Position numbers and translations under genes: made by a program. The notes under the pieces were generated by a model that worked only from the letters and a program-made list of their open reading frames with translations, ran no database searches and was not told the DNA's origin. From an uncultured Candidatus Saccharibacteria bacterium (GTDB taxonomy: Bacteria > Patescibacteriota > Minisyncoccia > Phycocordibacterales > JACOZG01): a stretch of DNA of 64,000 nt. Positions within the stretch are counted from its first letter, which is position 1. Each line of letters begins with the position of its first letter. Positions 45,861-55,461 of this stretch are shown here, piece by piece. The DNA lies in assembly GCA_965230925.1 (NCBI GenBank), contig OZ246403.1, positions 138,455 to 202,454 on the forward strand, given 5' to 3'.

Positions 45861-46343
45861 TTACTTTGCAAGCGCTAGCTCATGCTTACTCCAACAAGGC
45901 TTGCTGGCCTTCCAAGGCTTTGAACCAGAATGCTTCAGCATCCACATGGCATACCCAGTATTACCTTCAGCAGTATAAATATCGAATCCGAGCTCGGCGC
46001 TTTTCTTCTTATGGAATTGCTCGTTGATCTGGAAAAGACCGACGTCGTAGCGGTTTACCCGGCCACGGATCACTGAGCCGTCTTTCAAATGATGGGTTAA
46101 ACCACTTTCACAACGGGCAATAGCGAGAGCCAGATTAGCGTCTGTCTCGTATTTATGACTCAAGGCCACAATAAGGTCCTCGAGCTCAGGCTCAGGCAAG
46201 ACAACTTCTACTTTAGGGAAGATACTAGGTTCATCGGTAACGGACACAGCTAAAGACGCAACAGCTTCTTGGCTATCGGCAGAAAGGGGTAAATTGTCTT
46301 CAGGAGTGGCCGGGACGAACTGGCTGGCAAACTGTCCCGCCAA
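45861..46343 (-). CDS. Lysozyme-like/lytic transglycosylase domain protein (true start probably upstream)
   Basis: AIARCESG, D.GLFQIN, N..YA, G..PW..S..CW. Confidence 0.8.
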   Translation of the reverse strand: MAGQFASQFVPATPEDNLPLSADSQEAVASLAVSVTDEPSIFPKVEVVLPEPELEDLIVALSHKYETDANLALAIARCESGLTHHLKDGSVIRGRVNRYDVGLFQINEQFHKKKSAELGFDIYTAEGNTGYAMWMLKHSGSKPWKASKPCWSKHELALAK

Positions 46344-46392
46344 TATGAGGCTTGTGAGACCTATTTTTGAGATCGTGGTAAAAATAAGGAAA

Positions 46393-46482
46393 AGTGTCGG
46401 TTTTAAGCCATTTTCTGACCTTACTGCACTACAGCAACCGACACTACGTCAAGACTATAGCATACTTGACAAAACCTGTCTA
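46393..46482 (-). promoter_or_regulatory. Promoter and structured 5' leader (three-way junction) of the transglycosylase gene
   Basis: TAGACA-N17-TATAGT (46482-46454); 10-bp stem agtgtcggtt/aaccgacact enclosing two hairpins. Confidence 0.55.
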
Positions 46483-46495
46483 GACCCTGAAAAAG

Positions 46496-46504
46496 TTATC
46501 CACA
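46496..46504 (+). promoter_or_regulatory. Consensus DnaA box
   Basis: TTATCCACA in intergenic DNA. Confidence 0.5.
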
Positions 46505-46519
46505 GGTACCAGAAATAAG

Positions 46520-47530
46520 TCAATTTTCCCTTTCTCCTGCCAAAACAGGATAAATCTTTGGTAAAATTTCTCTGAGCTTGGCTTTTGCCGTCGCAATGTC
46601 CCCCACAATCCTGGCACCCGCCGCTGCCCTATGCCCTCCCCCGCCCAAAGCAGTGGCTAATTTAGAAACATCAAACTTTTCCGGATCTCGCGTGCGTGAA
46701 GAAACTTTCACTATTCCTGGCTCTATTTCATGCATGGCGATACCAAGATCCCACCCAACCACAGATTTAAGTTTAGTACTCATACCAACGGCTCCCACAT
46801 GCTCAGGTCTAACACCTTGTGAAGCCATTTCAGCAAAACTTACTGATGACACCGCCACTTTGCCAAATATCACCTCTATACTGTTTAGTGCCAAAGCTTC
46901 GTAGTAAAGGGTTTCTGGTTGGCGGTTATTATCAAGAGTAAAAATAATTTTGGAAAAATCTGGTATCAGCTCCACCAACTTGGCTACAGTAGCAAAGGTC
47001 TGCGCGCTCGTACCCAGATATCGGAACCCTCCGGTGTCGCCATACATACCGAGGAAAAGACAGGTGGCAATATTACGGTTCAGTTTTATCTCCCAATCAG
47101 CAAAGAGGTCAAACAAAAGCTGGCAGTTGGCTGGATAATCTGGTCGGACTAGATTAATCTTCCCGAAAGCCGTATTACTTTTGTGGTGGTCAATTACGAT
47201 AGTATTAAGATCTTCAGGAAATCTTACTTCTCCTTGAGTAGAAACCATCTGTGGTGAGCCAGAGTCAAGGATGATCATCAGATCATAGTCGGCAAGCGTA
47301 ATTTCAAAAAAGTTTTTTGGTAAGATCTCTTCATAACCAGGAAAAAGGGGCGCGAAGTCAGGTAACTCAGAGTCACCGCGGATAACCGTCGGGTTTTTAC
47401 CAAGCTGTTTGATCGCCCAAGCCATACCCAAAGCGCTACCCATGCTATCGAGATCAGGTCCGGGGTGCAGGTGGAGAAGAATCTTATTCGCCTTCTCAAC
47501 AATTGCTCTAATTTCCTTTGAATTTTCCAT
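46520..47530 (-). CDS. DHH/DHHA1 phosphoesterase (NrnA-like)
   Basis: H..PD.DS.GS, IDHH, DTGGF, GGGGH..AAG. Confidence 0.92.
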   Translation of the reverse strand: MENSKEIRAIVEKANKILLHLHPGPDLDSMGSALGMAWAIKQLGKNPTVIRGDSELPDFAPLFPGYEEILPKNFFEITLADYDLMIILDSGSPQMVSTQGEVRFPEDLNTIVIDHHKSNTAFGKINLVRPDYPANCQLLFDLFADWEIKLNRNIATCLFLGMYGDTGGFRYLGTSAQTFATVAKLVELIPDFSKIIFTLDNNRQPETLYYEALALNSIEVIFGKVAVSSVSFAEMASQGVRPEHVGAVGMSTKLKSVVGWDLGIAMHEIEPGIVKVSSRTRDPEKFDVSKLATALGGGGHRAAAGARIVGDIATAKAKLREILPKIYPVLAGEREN

Positions 47531-47651
47531 ACAACTCTATCAGATAGTCTACCCACCCCCGCACGTCCACTTTGAAATAGTAAAGCAGCGCGACACCAAT
47601 AATGATAATGATGATTAGTTTAAAAAATCCTCCTTTGTTTGTCTGATTCAT
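47508..47651 (-). CDS. 47-aa membrane peptide with prepilin-like KGG/F hydrophobic start (not in ORF track)
   Basis: MNQTNKGGFFKLIIIIIIGVALLYYFKVDVRGWVDYLIELYGKFKGN; overlaps DHH gene start. Confidence 0.6.
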   Translation of the reverse strand: MNQTNKGGFFKLIIIIIIGVALLYYFKVDVRGWVDYLIELYGKFKGN

Positions 47652-47658
47652 AACTTTA

Positions 47659-48921
47659 TTATAGATAATCCATTGGGTTTAGATAAGCTTTCGGATCAGC
47701 AATAGGCATGGTGTAGGTGCCAGCGCAAACCGTACTTTGACGAGAAGAAATTTGCACTCCTTGAGTAGCGTAGACCGTGAAGTGAAGGTGTGGACCCGTA
47801 GCATATCCAGTGTTCCCAGAATAGGCAATGGTACTCCCCACCATTACGGCATCACCGGGTTTTACTTTAATCAAAGACAAGTGCGCATACAAAGTGGAAA
47901 GGCCATTCGCATGACGCAAGAGAATCCATTTGCCGTAGGAAGCGCGGCGGCAAACCGTGTCGGTGTCACCAATCCCCACCACCACGCCAGAAGCGGCCGC
48001 TCGTATAGGCGTACCCACAGAAGCCCGCAAATCAATACCATTATGGCTACCAGAAGTGTAGAGTCGCTTAGAATCAGCCGTAACCCCAAAAGCTTGGGTG
48101 ATAAAGTGGTCAGCAATAGGCCACATAAGAGGCTTTGTCCCCAAGGTGGGCAATAAGCTTGGGTCAATCGCAATTTTAAGCTGGGATTCAAAATCAAATA
48201 ATTCTTTCTCAAAAGCTTGTTTTCGCGCCACGCTTTCCGAAAGAAGTTTTTTATAATTTGATTCTTTGTTGCTCGTGTCTTTCAGAAGCTTGTCTTTATT
48301 TGCCTTTTCTTTATCGGCTAAATATTTTTCATCTGCGAGATCCTCTTTAAAATTTGAGAGCTTGCTCTTCTCGGTAGTAACTGTGGCTTGATCAACCTCC
48401 AAAGCCCCTTTTAACTCCTCAAGCTCCTCTCTGTTCTCTTCCACTCGATCGGCGTATTGAAGTAACGATGTTTGTTCTTGCCAGAAATCGGCAAGGGTTG
48501 GCGTCACCAGCATCACTTCGAGCCAACTGTCCGCCGAGCGCCGCTGCATGAGACGCGCCGCCTCAGCAATCGCTTCTTTATTGCGCTTAATTCCTGCTTC
48601 TTTATCACCAATCTGAGAACCAAGCTGCTGAAGCTTCAGCGAAGTGGCCGAGATTTTATTTTCCGTTAATTTAATATCCGCTGCAAGCTTCTGACGATTT
48701 GTTTCTACCAGCTTGATAGCCCTCTGAAGCGAGTCCTTCTCGGCCGAAGTAAGATTAACTGCGGCTTGATATTTCTTGATCTCGCCCTCGAGCTTTTTTA
48801 TTTCTTCATTGTGGGCTGAGATCTTGGCTTGGAGCTGGTCCACGATTGCTTGCCCCGAGCAAAGCCGCGGAGCCACCGCAAATACGAGAATCAATAATAA
48901 AAACTTAAAGCTTCGCCGCAT
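47659..48921 (-). CDS. Coiled-coil M23 metallopeptidase (EnvC/MepM-like)
   Basis: Signal peptide, long coiled coil, HNGID, YAHLS, TGPHLHF. Confidence 0.9.
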   Translation of the reverse strand: MRRSFKFLLLILVFAVAPRLCSGQAIVDQLQAKISAHNEEIKKLEGEIKKYQAAVNLTSAEKDSLQRAIKLVETNRQKLAADIKLTENKISATSLKLQQLGSQIGDKEAGIKRNKEAIAEAARLMQRRSADSWLEVMLVTPTLADFWQEQTSLLQYADRVEENREELEELKGALEVDQATVTTEKSKLSNFKEDLADEKYLADKEKANKDKLLKDTSNKESNYKKLLSESVARKQAFEKELFDFESQLKIAIDPSLLPTLGTKPLMWPIADHFITQAFGVTADSKRLYTSGSHNGIDLRASVGTPIRAAASGVVVGIGDTDTVCRRASYGKWILLRHANGLSTLYAHLSLIKVKPGDAVMVGSTIAYSGNTGYATGPHLHFTVYATQGVQISSRQSTVCAGTYTMPIADPKAYLNPMDYL

Positions 48922-50110
48922 AGTCTAAACGCTTAAGCGTTTCTTGCTTACCGAGCATCTCGGCGAGGGCAAAAGGGTCAGGCGACTTCTCGCGACCAGA
49001 GAGAGCCACGCGCATTGGCCACAAGACCTCTCCCCTCCCCACTTCTGTAGCGTAATCCCAAATCGCGGCCTTAATATTTTCGACAGTAAAATCATCTTCT
49101 GGCAGAGCCATAATTAATTCTTGTAACTTCGCGAGATGGGCTTGATTTTTCAACAATTCCTTATCGTAACTTGGCTGGGCCGTAAGATAATTAAATTCTC
49201 CCGCGCGCGCGAGTGATTGCTCGAGATATTCTTTCTGCTTATCAAGCGGCAAGGCCTGCACATAATGCCGATTGAACCAATCGAGCTTTTTCTGATCAAA
49301 CACTGCCCCACCCTTTTGCACACGCTCGAGTTGAAACTCTTTCACCAGCTCATCGAGACTAAAAACTTCTTTATCGTTCTCTGGGTGCCAACCAATAAGC
49401 GCCAGAAAATTAATCATTGCTTCCGGCAAATAACCCTGATCGCGATAGTCGGTAAGGGCCACGGCGCCGTGACGCTTACTGAGCTTAGAGCGGTCGGTTC
49501 CAAGGATAAAAGGTAAATGACAGTAAACGGGTCGCGGGGCACCAAGTGCTTCTTGGATTAAAATTTGCCGTGGCGTATTCGCGATACCATCTTCGCCACG
49601 AATTACATGCGTCACCCCCGAGAGCCAGTCATCAGTTACAACCGCAAAGTGATAGAGGGGTGTCTCTGGAGTTTTTGCAATTACCATGTCCCCCAAATCA
49701 CTAATGTCTGTAACAATTTCCCCCCGCAAAAGATCAGTAAAAGTGATACTCCCGCCGGGATTCCGGAAGCGAATAACTTTCGAGAGACTACCGTCTTCGC
49801 GTTTTTCTTCTGCCCAATAAACCTTGTCACTCTCCAGCAATCTATTTATTTCCTTCGCATAAATTTCACCTCGTTCAGACTGACGGCAAAAGTCATCATA
49901 ATTAAGCCCGAGCCAGGCAAGACCGTCGAGAATGTTTTGCTCGAACTCTTTTGTTGAGCGAGTACGGTCGGTATCTTCACTCCGCAAAATAAATTTTCCC
50001 CCATTCTGCCGAGCAAAAAGCCAGTTAAAAAGCGCCGTGCGAGCACTACCAACATGAAGAGTGCCGGTAGGACTTGGCGGAAAACGAGTAACGACTTGAT
50101 TATTCTTCAT
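48905..50110 (-). CDS. gltX: Glutamyl-tRNA synthetase (shortened)
   Basis: RFPPSPTG.LHVG, EDTD, HVIRGED, KLSKR. Confidence 0.95.
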   Translation of the reverse strand: MKNNQVVTRFPPSPTGTLHVGSARTALFNWLFARQNGGKFILRSEDTDRTRSTKEFEQNILDGLAWLGLNYDDFCRQSERGEIYAKEINRLLESDKVYWAEEKREDGSLSKVIRFRNPGGSITFTDLLRGEIVTDISDLGDMVIAKTPETPLYHFAVVTDDWLSGVTHVIRGEDGIANTPRQILIQEALGAPRPVYCHLPFILGTDRSKLSKRHGAVALTDYRDQGYLPEAMINFLALIGWHPENDKEVFSLDELVKEFQLERVQKGGAVFDQKKLDWFNRHYVQALPLDKQKEYLEQSLARAGEFNYLTAQPSYDKELLKNQAHLAKLQELIMALPEDDFTVENIKAAIWDYATEVGRGEVLWPMRVALSGREKSPDPFALAEMLGKQETLKRLDYAAKL

Positions 50111-51224
50111 GTTCTAAACCAAGTTCGAGGATAGCTTCCGCAATGAGTCGACCGGCTTCTGGTCGGGCGAAGGTCTTGGCGCCGCGTTTCATCTCTTCTT
50201 GAACTCGGACATCGCCTAAAATCCGCAGAATTTCGGAAAGCAAAACTGATGGTGTTAAATTTTCTTGCTCAATCACTGTCGCGCCACCCGAGCGGGCGTA
50301 AGTAAAGGCGTTGGTCCGTTGGTCATGACTAATTGATTCGGGAATAGGAATAATAATGGCCGGCAAACTCCAAACCGCAAACTCAAACATGGCTGAGCCG
50401 GCGCGCGAGATCACGAGCTTGGCCACACCAGCCACCATTCGTAACGACGACTCATTGAGATAATCAAACACCTTGTAGCGACCGTGCATATCTGCCGGTA
50501 ACACCAAGCCAGAACGCTTAGTCACCTCTTCAAGATTCTGCGCGCCCACCTGATGAATGATCTGGGTGTGTTTGACGAGCTCGGGTAAAATCGCGAGCAC
50601 AGTGTCATTAATAGTTTGCGCCCCTTGTGAACCGCCGGTGATAAAAATAATTGGCAATTCTGGCGTGAGCGCAAGAAATTCGTGAGCCCCTGTGTGAATC
50701 GGTCGGAGAAGTTCTTGTCGAAGTGGATTCCCCGTCACTGCCGTCTTGGTGGCAGGAAAAAACTTTAACGCTTCAGGATACGAAACAGCAACGCGACGAG
50801 CAAATTTACCCGACCAGCGGTTGACTCGACCAGGCCGAGAATCTGACTCATGAATCACTACCGGAATACGCAAAATTCGCGCTGCGACGAGAATGGGAAA
50901 GCTCGCATACCCACCCTTACTGAAAACAACATCTGGATAAAGCAAATAAACTTTCCAAGTGGCGCGAATAATCCCCCACAAGGTACGGAACCCATCAAAA
51001 AAGTTAAGGATTGAGAAATAGCGCCGGACCTTGCCCGCCGGAATGTGACTGAAGGTAATATTGTTTTCAAACAACAGCCGCTCATCGTAAGGCGTATTGG
51101 CAAAGTAATAAAGTTGCGGTGGCACCAGCTTCCGCTCTTTGGCAATAAGGTTAATTTCTTGCGCCACCGCAATTAGTGGGTTGAAGTGCCCCCCCGTTCC
51201 CCCGCCTGTTAAGAGAATTTTCAT
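50100..51224 (-). CDS. murG: Undecaprenyl-PP-MurNAc-pentapeptide GlcNAc transferase
   Basis: TGGGTGGH, KGGYAS, GNPLR, GGSQGA, SRAGS. Confidence 0.96.
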   Translation of the reverse strand: MKILLTGGGTGGHFNPLIAVAQEINLIAKERKLVPPQLYYFANTPYDERLLFENNITFSHIPAGKVRRYFSILNFFDGFRTLWGIIRATWKVYLLYPDVVFSKGGYASFPILVAARILRIPVVIHESDSRPGRVNRWSGKFARRVAVSYPEALKFFPATKTAVTGNPLRQELLRPIHTGAHEFLALTPELPIIFITGGSQGAQTINDTVLAILPELVKHTQIIHQVGAQNLEEVTKRSGLVLPADMHGRYKVFDYLNESSLRMVAGVAKLVISRAGSAMFEFAVWSLPAIIIPIPESISHDQRTNAFTYARSGGATVIEQENLTPSVLLSEILRILGDVRVQEEMKRGAKTFARPEAGRLIAEAILELGLEHEE

Positions 51225-51353
51225 AAAAACGAAGTATATCAGCCCTAATTAAGCTTATCTATTGACAGGAAAAAATGGTTGTGCTATTCTAGCACTCGGA
51301 AATAAGCAAGCCGCGTTGGTTTGCAACTTGATAAAAAAGGAAGGAGAATTGAG

Positions 51354-51833
51354 ATGCCGAAGCTAATGGAGTGGTTCCGAAACGAGATGGAAGAGATCGG
51401 AAGTAAGGACATCACCCCCCCCAACCATGAGATACAAGCTGGTGAAGTGGTGATCGGACAACTTACCGACCCGGAACTGAAAAAAATGTTTACCCTGAAC
51501 AGCGCCCTGAAGGATGGGGTAACGCAAGTGTTGCGAGAAATCCAGCACCAGATCATCGATCATGAACGAGGTTCGGAAAGCCCAGAAGATCACGAGCGAC
51601 GCTGCCCCGCGTGTTCACAAGCCCACAAAAACTCGCGCACTGTCGGCAGGGCCAAGTTTGTCGACGTTCTGTTTTGGGAAAGCGTCCGACAGGAATTAGA
51701 TGATGAGGGACTCAAAAAACTGATGCGCATTGAGATGAGGGGTGGGACCATCGGCCTTACGAAAAAATGGGAAATCGTGGCCGTTCCTCCGGAACCGAGA
51801 CCATCCCTCATTGAACTGCTCGGCCTCCGTTAA
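51354..51833 (+). CDS. Orphan protein with H...CxxC...H putative metal site
   Basis: Promoter TTGACA-N17-TATTCT (51262-51290), SD AAGGAG, terminator 51859-51900. Confidence 0.75.
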   Translation: MPKLMEWFRNEMEEIGSKDITPPNHEIQAGEVVIGQLTDPELKKMFTLNSALKDGVTQVLREIQHQIIDHERGSESPEDHERRCPACSQAHKNSRTVGRAKFVDVLFWESVRQELDDEGLKKLMRIEMRGGTIGLTKKWEIVAVPPEPRPSLIELLGLR

Positions 51834-51899
51834 CCTTTCCGAAGAATTTGAACTCACAAGCCCAGGGATTATTGAATTATCCCTGGGCTGTTTTTTGTT

Positions 51900-52985
51900 T
51901 TACGCTGATTTTGAAATATTGAGGAGGATACCGATCTCGAGCAGAGTCGCAAGAAGGGCCGTGCCACCATGAGAGACAAAAGAAAGTGGTACACCAACAA
52001 TAGGTAAAAGTCCGACCATCGAGGCAATATTTACAAAAGCCCCGGCCGCGATGAGTGACACAATACCCGCCGCGAGAAGGCGACCAAACTGGTCTGTAGC
52101 ACCAGCCGCTAGCTTGAATCCCCAGAGAGCAAAAACAAGAAAGAGAGCGATGAGAAGGGTAGCGCCCAGGAAGCCGAACTCTTCACCCGCAACCGAGAAA
52201 ATAGAGTCACCGATCGGTTCCGGCAAAAATCGAAACTTCTGCGTACTCTGACCAAAGCCGCGACCAAACACACCTCCAGAACCAAGCGCAATGAGCGACT
52301 GATTAATCTGATACGCCGAACCCTGAATATCACGTGACGGGTCCCACAGGGTCATTAAGCGGTCGCGGACATACGGCTTAAAGTAGGCCATGGTAGCAAC
52401 AGTAACAAAAGAAAGTAAAACAATAAGCACCACCTGCTTCCACGGTGCGCCAGCTACAAAGAAAATTACAAAGGCCGCTGAGAACGCTACCAGAAAAGTC
52501 CCGAGATCAGGTTGAAGCAAAATAAGAATGGCCGGAAAAACGAGAATTAAAAGATAGGGCAAAAAGGTTTCTTGCCAATTATCGATCTTGGCTCGAGGCC
52601 TGGAAAACCAAGCAGCAAGATATAAAATGAGACCGAATTTGAGAAATTCTGAAGGCTGAAGCGAGAAAAACCCCAGATCAAGCCAACGCCGCGCCCCACC
52701 GAAAGCAAAACCAAGTCCGGGTATAAACACCGCCGCCGTGAGCGCTAGGGCACCGAGAAAAATGGGTAAAGCAAAGGAACGCAAACGCTTATAAGGAAAA
52801 CGAGCACAAGCTAAGAGGCCAAGAAAACCAAGAACAAGCACCCCCAACTGCTTCGTCACCACATGGAAAAAAGTGGCGCCGTCACGGCCATGGAGACCGA
52901 GGGCAGCAGAAGAAAAAATGAAGAAGCCCGCGCCAGCGAGCGCGAGAATGAAGATGAAAAACCATTTGTTCGCTCGCCGGCGCAT
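51900..52985 (-). CDS. ftsW: SEDS peptidoglycan glycosyltransferase FtsW
   Basis: GARRWL, QPSEFLK, QPDLGT, YQI.QS..A.GSGG..G.G, LPE...D, GVPL.FVS.GG. Confidence 0.93.
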   Translation of the reverse strand: MRRRANKWFFIFILALAGAGFFIFSSAALGLHGRDGATFFHVVTKQLGVLVLGFLGLLACARFPYKRLRSFALPIFLGALALTAAVFIPGLGFAFGGARRWLDLGFFSLQPSEFLKFGLILYLAAWFSRPRAKIDNWQETFLPYLLILVFPAILILLQPDLGTFLVAFSAAFVIFFVAGAPWKQVVLIVLLSFVTVATMAYFKPYVRDRLMTLWDPSRDIQGSAYQINQSLIALGSGGVFGRGFGQSTQKFRFLPEPIGDSIFSVAGEEFGFLGATLLIALFLVFALWGFKLAAGATDQFGRLLAAGIVSLIAAGAFVNIASMVGLLPIVGVPLSFVSHGGTALLATLLEIGILLNISKSA

Positions 52986-52992
52986 CACTAAA

Positions 52993-54051
52993 TTAGCGGC
53001 CAATGAGGACAACAGTCATCCCCAGTACGGCCATAATGATGCTAATAATCCAATACCGCATTACCACCTTGTATGACGGCCAGCCAATGGCCTCAAAGTG
53101 ATGATGAATCGGCGCAACCAGAAACACCTTCTTCCCGTTCCGTAATTTCTTGGAAGTCAGTTGAATCACATTAGCTACCACGGTAGCAAGAAGAGGGAAA
53201 GCAATAATAGGAAGCACGAGCACAGAGTCGGTGAGAAAGGCTACCACCGTGAGCGCGGTGGTTAACCCAAGAATTCCTGTCTCAGACATGTAAAAGCGCG
53301 CGGGTGGAATATTGAACCACAAGAAGGCGAGAATGCCGCCAGTAACAACGGCGCAGAAAGCCGCCAGATCAATCTGCTGTTGGAAAAAAGCAATGCCGGC
53401 ATAAGCGGCAAAAATGGTGGCCATTACCCCACCAGCAAGACCATCGAGACCGTCAATGACGCTTGAAGAAAAAAGACCAATCATCGTAAGCACAAAAAGT
53501 GGCATAATCCACCAGCCGATATCAACGAGGCCATCAAACGGAAGAGAAATTTCAGAAAGATCGAGCTTGTAATAGAACCACCAAGCGCCAATCACGGCGA
53601 TCACCAGCACAACGAATAAGCGCTTCTTAAACGAGAGACCACCTGAAATATATTTCCCTTGCCCACTGACCTCCAACCAGTCGTCGAGCAAACCTACAAG
53701 CGACGCGGCCACGAGCGTAAAGAGCGGCAACCAGGTTTGATTACGGCTCAAAAAGTTAAGCTTGGCTGTGGTATCAGATGGGAAAATTACGGAAACAAGC
53801 CAAACCGCCAGCATGGTGAGCAATACGCTTCCCCAAATAATAATGCCGCCCATACGCGGCGTACCCACCTCTTTGTGTTCGTGAAGCTTGTTAAAAATCG
53901 GTGTCTCGCGACCATCGGGCGCAATCTTGCCCGCCTTCTTCTTCCAACACTCATGCTTATAAAGGTAATGCGTCAAAATTGGCGTGATGGCAATACCCAC
54001 CGCGAAGGCAAAGATGCTCGGGGCAAAAACCTTGACGACATCGATAAACAT
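52993..54051 (-). CDS. mraY: Phospho-MurNAc-pentapeptide transferase
   Basis: GTPRMGG, GLLDD, DGLDGLA, FN.PPA, APIHHHFE..GW. Confidence 0.96.
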   Translation of the reverse strand: MFIDVVKVFAPSIFAFAVGIAITPILTHYLYKHECWKKKAGKIAPDGRETPIFNKLHEHKEVGTPRMGGIIIWGSVLLTMLAVWLVSVIFPSDTTAKLNFLSRNQTWLPLFTLVAASLVGLLDDWLEVSGQGKYISGGLSFKKRLFVVLVIAVIGAWWFYYKLDLSEISLPFDGLVDIGWWIMPLFVLTMIGLFSSSVIDGLDGLAGGVMATIFAAYAGIAFFQQQIDLAAFCAVVTGGILAFLWFNIPPARFYMSETGILGLTTALTVVAFLTDSVLVLPIIAFPLLATVVANVIQLTSKKLRNGKKVFLVAPIHHHFEAIGWPSYKVVMRYWIISIIMAVLGMTVVLIGR

Positions 54052-54065
54052 TGCAGGTAGTATAG

Positions 54066-54935
54066 CTAAATTGGCTGAGAATAGTAAGTGTAAGCCGCCC
54101 GAACCAGTTTGGTCATGTCGACAAAGCGTTCTTCAGGAGTCGAACCAAGAATCACGGCGACAACCGGCTGATTGAGGCCACGGTCGAAGACGGTGACCAA
54201 GTTTGCGCCAGCAAGCGGCGTGGTCCCGGTTTTAGAAGCGAGTAAATCAGGAATCTGGGCCACGGCTTTATTGGTATTCTCGGGATAATACAAACTGCCT
54301 CCAGAAGCGCGGATAATCAGGCCACTCTCTTTGGTCGCCTCAAGTAAAACGGGTTGTTCTTTAAGCACATATGCAAACAAAGTGGCAAGATCCTGGGCGG
54401 AGCTGTAACCACCAGCAAAGTTGTCTGACCAATCAAGACCGGAAGCATCGAGGAAAAAAGTTTGAGTAAGACCAAGCTCGCGGGCTCTAGAGTTCATGAG
54501 ATCAGTGAAAGACTGCTGCGTTTTCTCCCCCACTGCGGTGGCAATGACTTCGGCGGCCTCATTACTTGAGACTAAAAGCATAAGATTAATCATTTTCTGT
54601 AACGGGAAAGTATCAGCACCAAGAGTGAGTTCAGTCGTGGGTGGTAAATTCTCTACCGCTAGAAGTGCCGTCATCACCTTACCCACGGAGGCCGTGGCAA
54701 GCGGCGTGGTGGAAAATTGTTGATACAGATTCTTACCCGTTTCTACATCGTAAATAAGGGCAGCTTTAGCAGCGAGCTTGGTCGGTAGTGCAAAAACCGG
54801 CTTAGCCAACACTGCTTCTGGTGTAATTTCAATTGTTGATAAAGCCTTCCGGGAAGTAAAGAAAAACGGTAAGAAAAAAAACACCGCAAGGAGAAAGGCG
54901 GAAACTATAGCGAGCGCTTTAAGCTTGTTGGCCAT
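54066..54935 (-). CDS. S11 D-alanyl-D-alanine carboxypeptidase
   Basis: ASVGKVMTA (SxxK), SSN, KTGTT. Confidence 0.88.
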   Translation of the reverse strand: MANKLKALAIVSAFLLAVFFFLPFFFTSRKALSTIEITPEAVLAKPVFALPTKLAAKAALIYDVETGKNLYQQFSTTPLATASVGKVMTALLAVENLPPTTELTLGADTFPLQKMINLMLLVSSNEAAEVIATAVGEKTQQSFTDLMNSRARELGLTQTFFLDASGLDWSDNFAGGYSSAQDLATLFAYVLKEQPVLLEATKESGLIIRASGGSLYYPENTNKAVAQIPDLLASKTGTTPLAGANLVTVFDRGLNQPVVAVILGSTPEERFVDMTKLVRAAYTYYSQPI

Positions 54936-55461
54936 TGGATGTTTGAATAAACGAGGCAAGCTTCTCCTTCACCAACGCGAAATCCGGTGCATCTTCGAGT
55001 TTACTAATACCCAAGTGACTCAAGAGTTGGAAGGTTGGCCGGTAGAGAAAACTGCGGGCATCGTCCGGATTTGGTACTTTCTCTACAAGGCCACGGACCA
55101 GCAAGTGCCGCACAATGAAGCTCGAGTTCACCCCGCGAATATAATCAATCTGCGCGCGCGACACTGGTCCTTGATAGATAATTACCGCGAGCGTTTCGAG
55201 CCCGGCCTTACCAATATCCCGCGAGAGTTCCTCGCGCGTCAACTTCTCAATTAACTCGCCCACTTCTGGCGCAGTGCCGAGCATCACTTCATCGTCTTTC
55301 TTAACCAATCTTAATCCCCTCCCCGCCAGTGCAGTTTCTAAATTATTTAGCGCCTCCTGAACTTCAACTACTCCCACGCCCAACATCTTCGCGAGTTCGG
55401 CCGAACTCGCTGGTTCAGCTTTCCAAAACAAAATGGCCTCAATGTTATTTTCTAAACTCAT
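54919..55461 (-). CDS. scpB: SMC-Scp complex subunit ScpB
   Basis: IEAILF...EP, LETLA.I.Y.GP..R..ID.IRGVNS. Confidence 0.95.
   Translation of the reverse strand: MSLENNIEAILFWKAEPASSAELAKMLGVGVVEVQEALNNLETALAGRGLRLVKKDDEVMLGTAPEVGELIEKLTREELSRDIGKAGLETLAVIIYQGPVSRAQIDYIRGVNSSFIVRHLLVRGLVEKVPNPDDARSFLYRPTFQLLSHLGISKLEDAPDFALVKEKLASFIQTSNGQQA

Noticed and set aside
46496-46504. Replication origin
   Set aside because: A single DnaA box, with no cluster, no AT-rich unwinding element and no dnaA/dnaN nearby.
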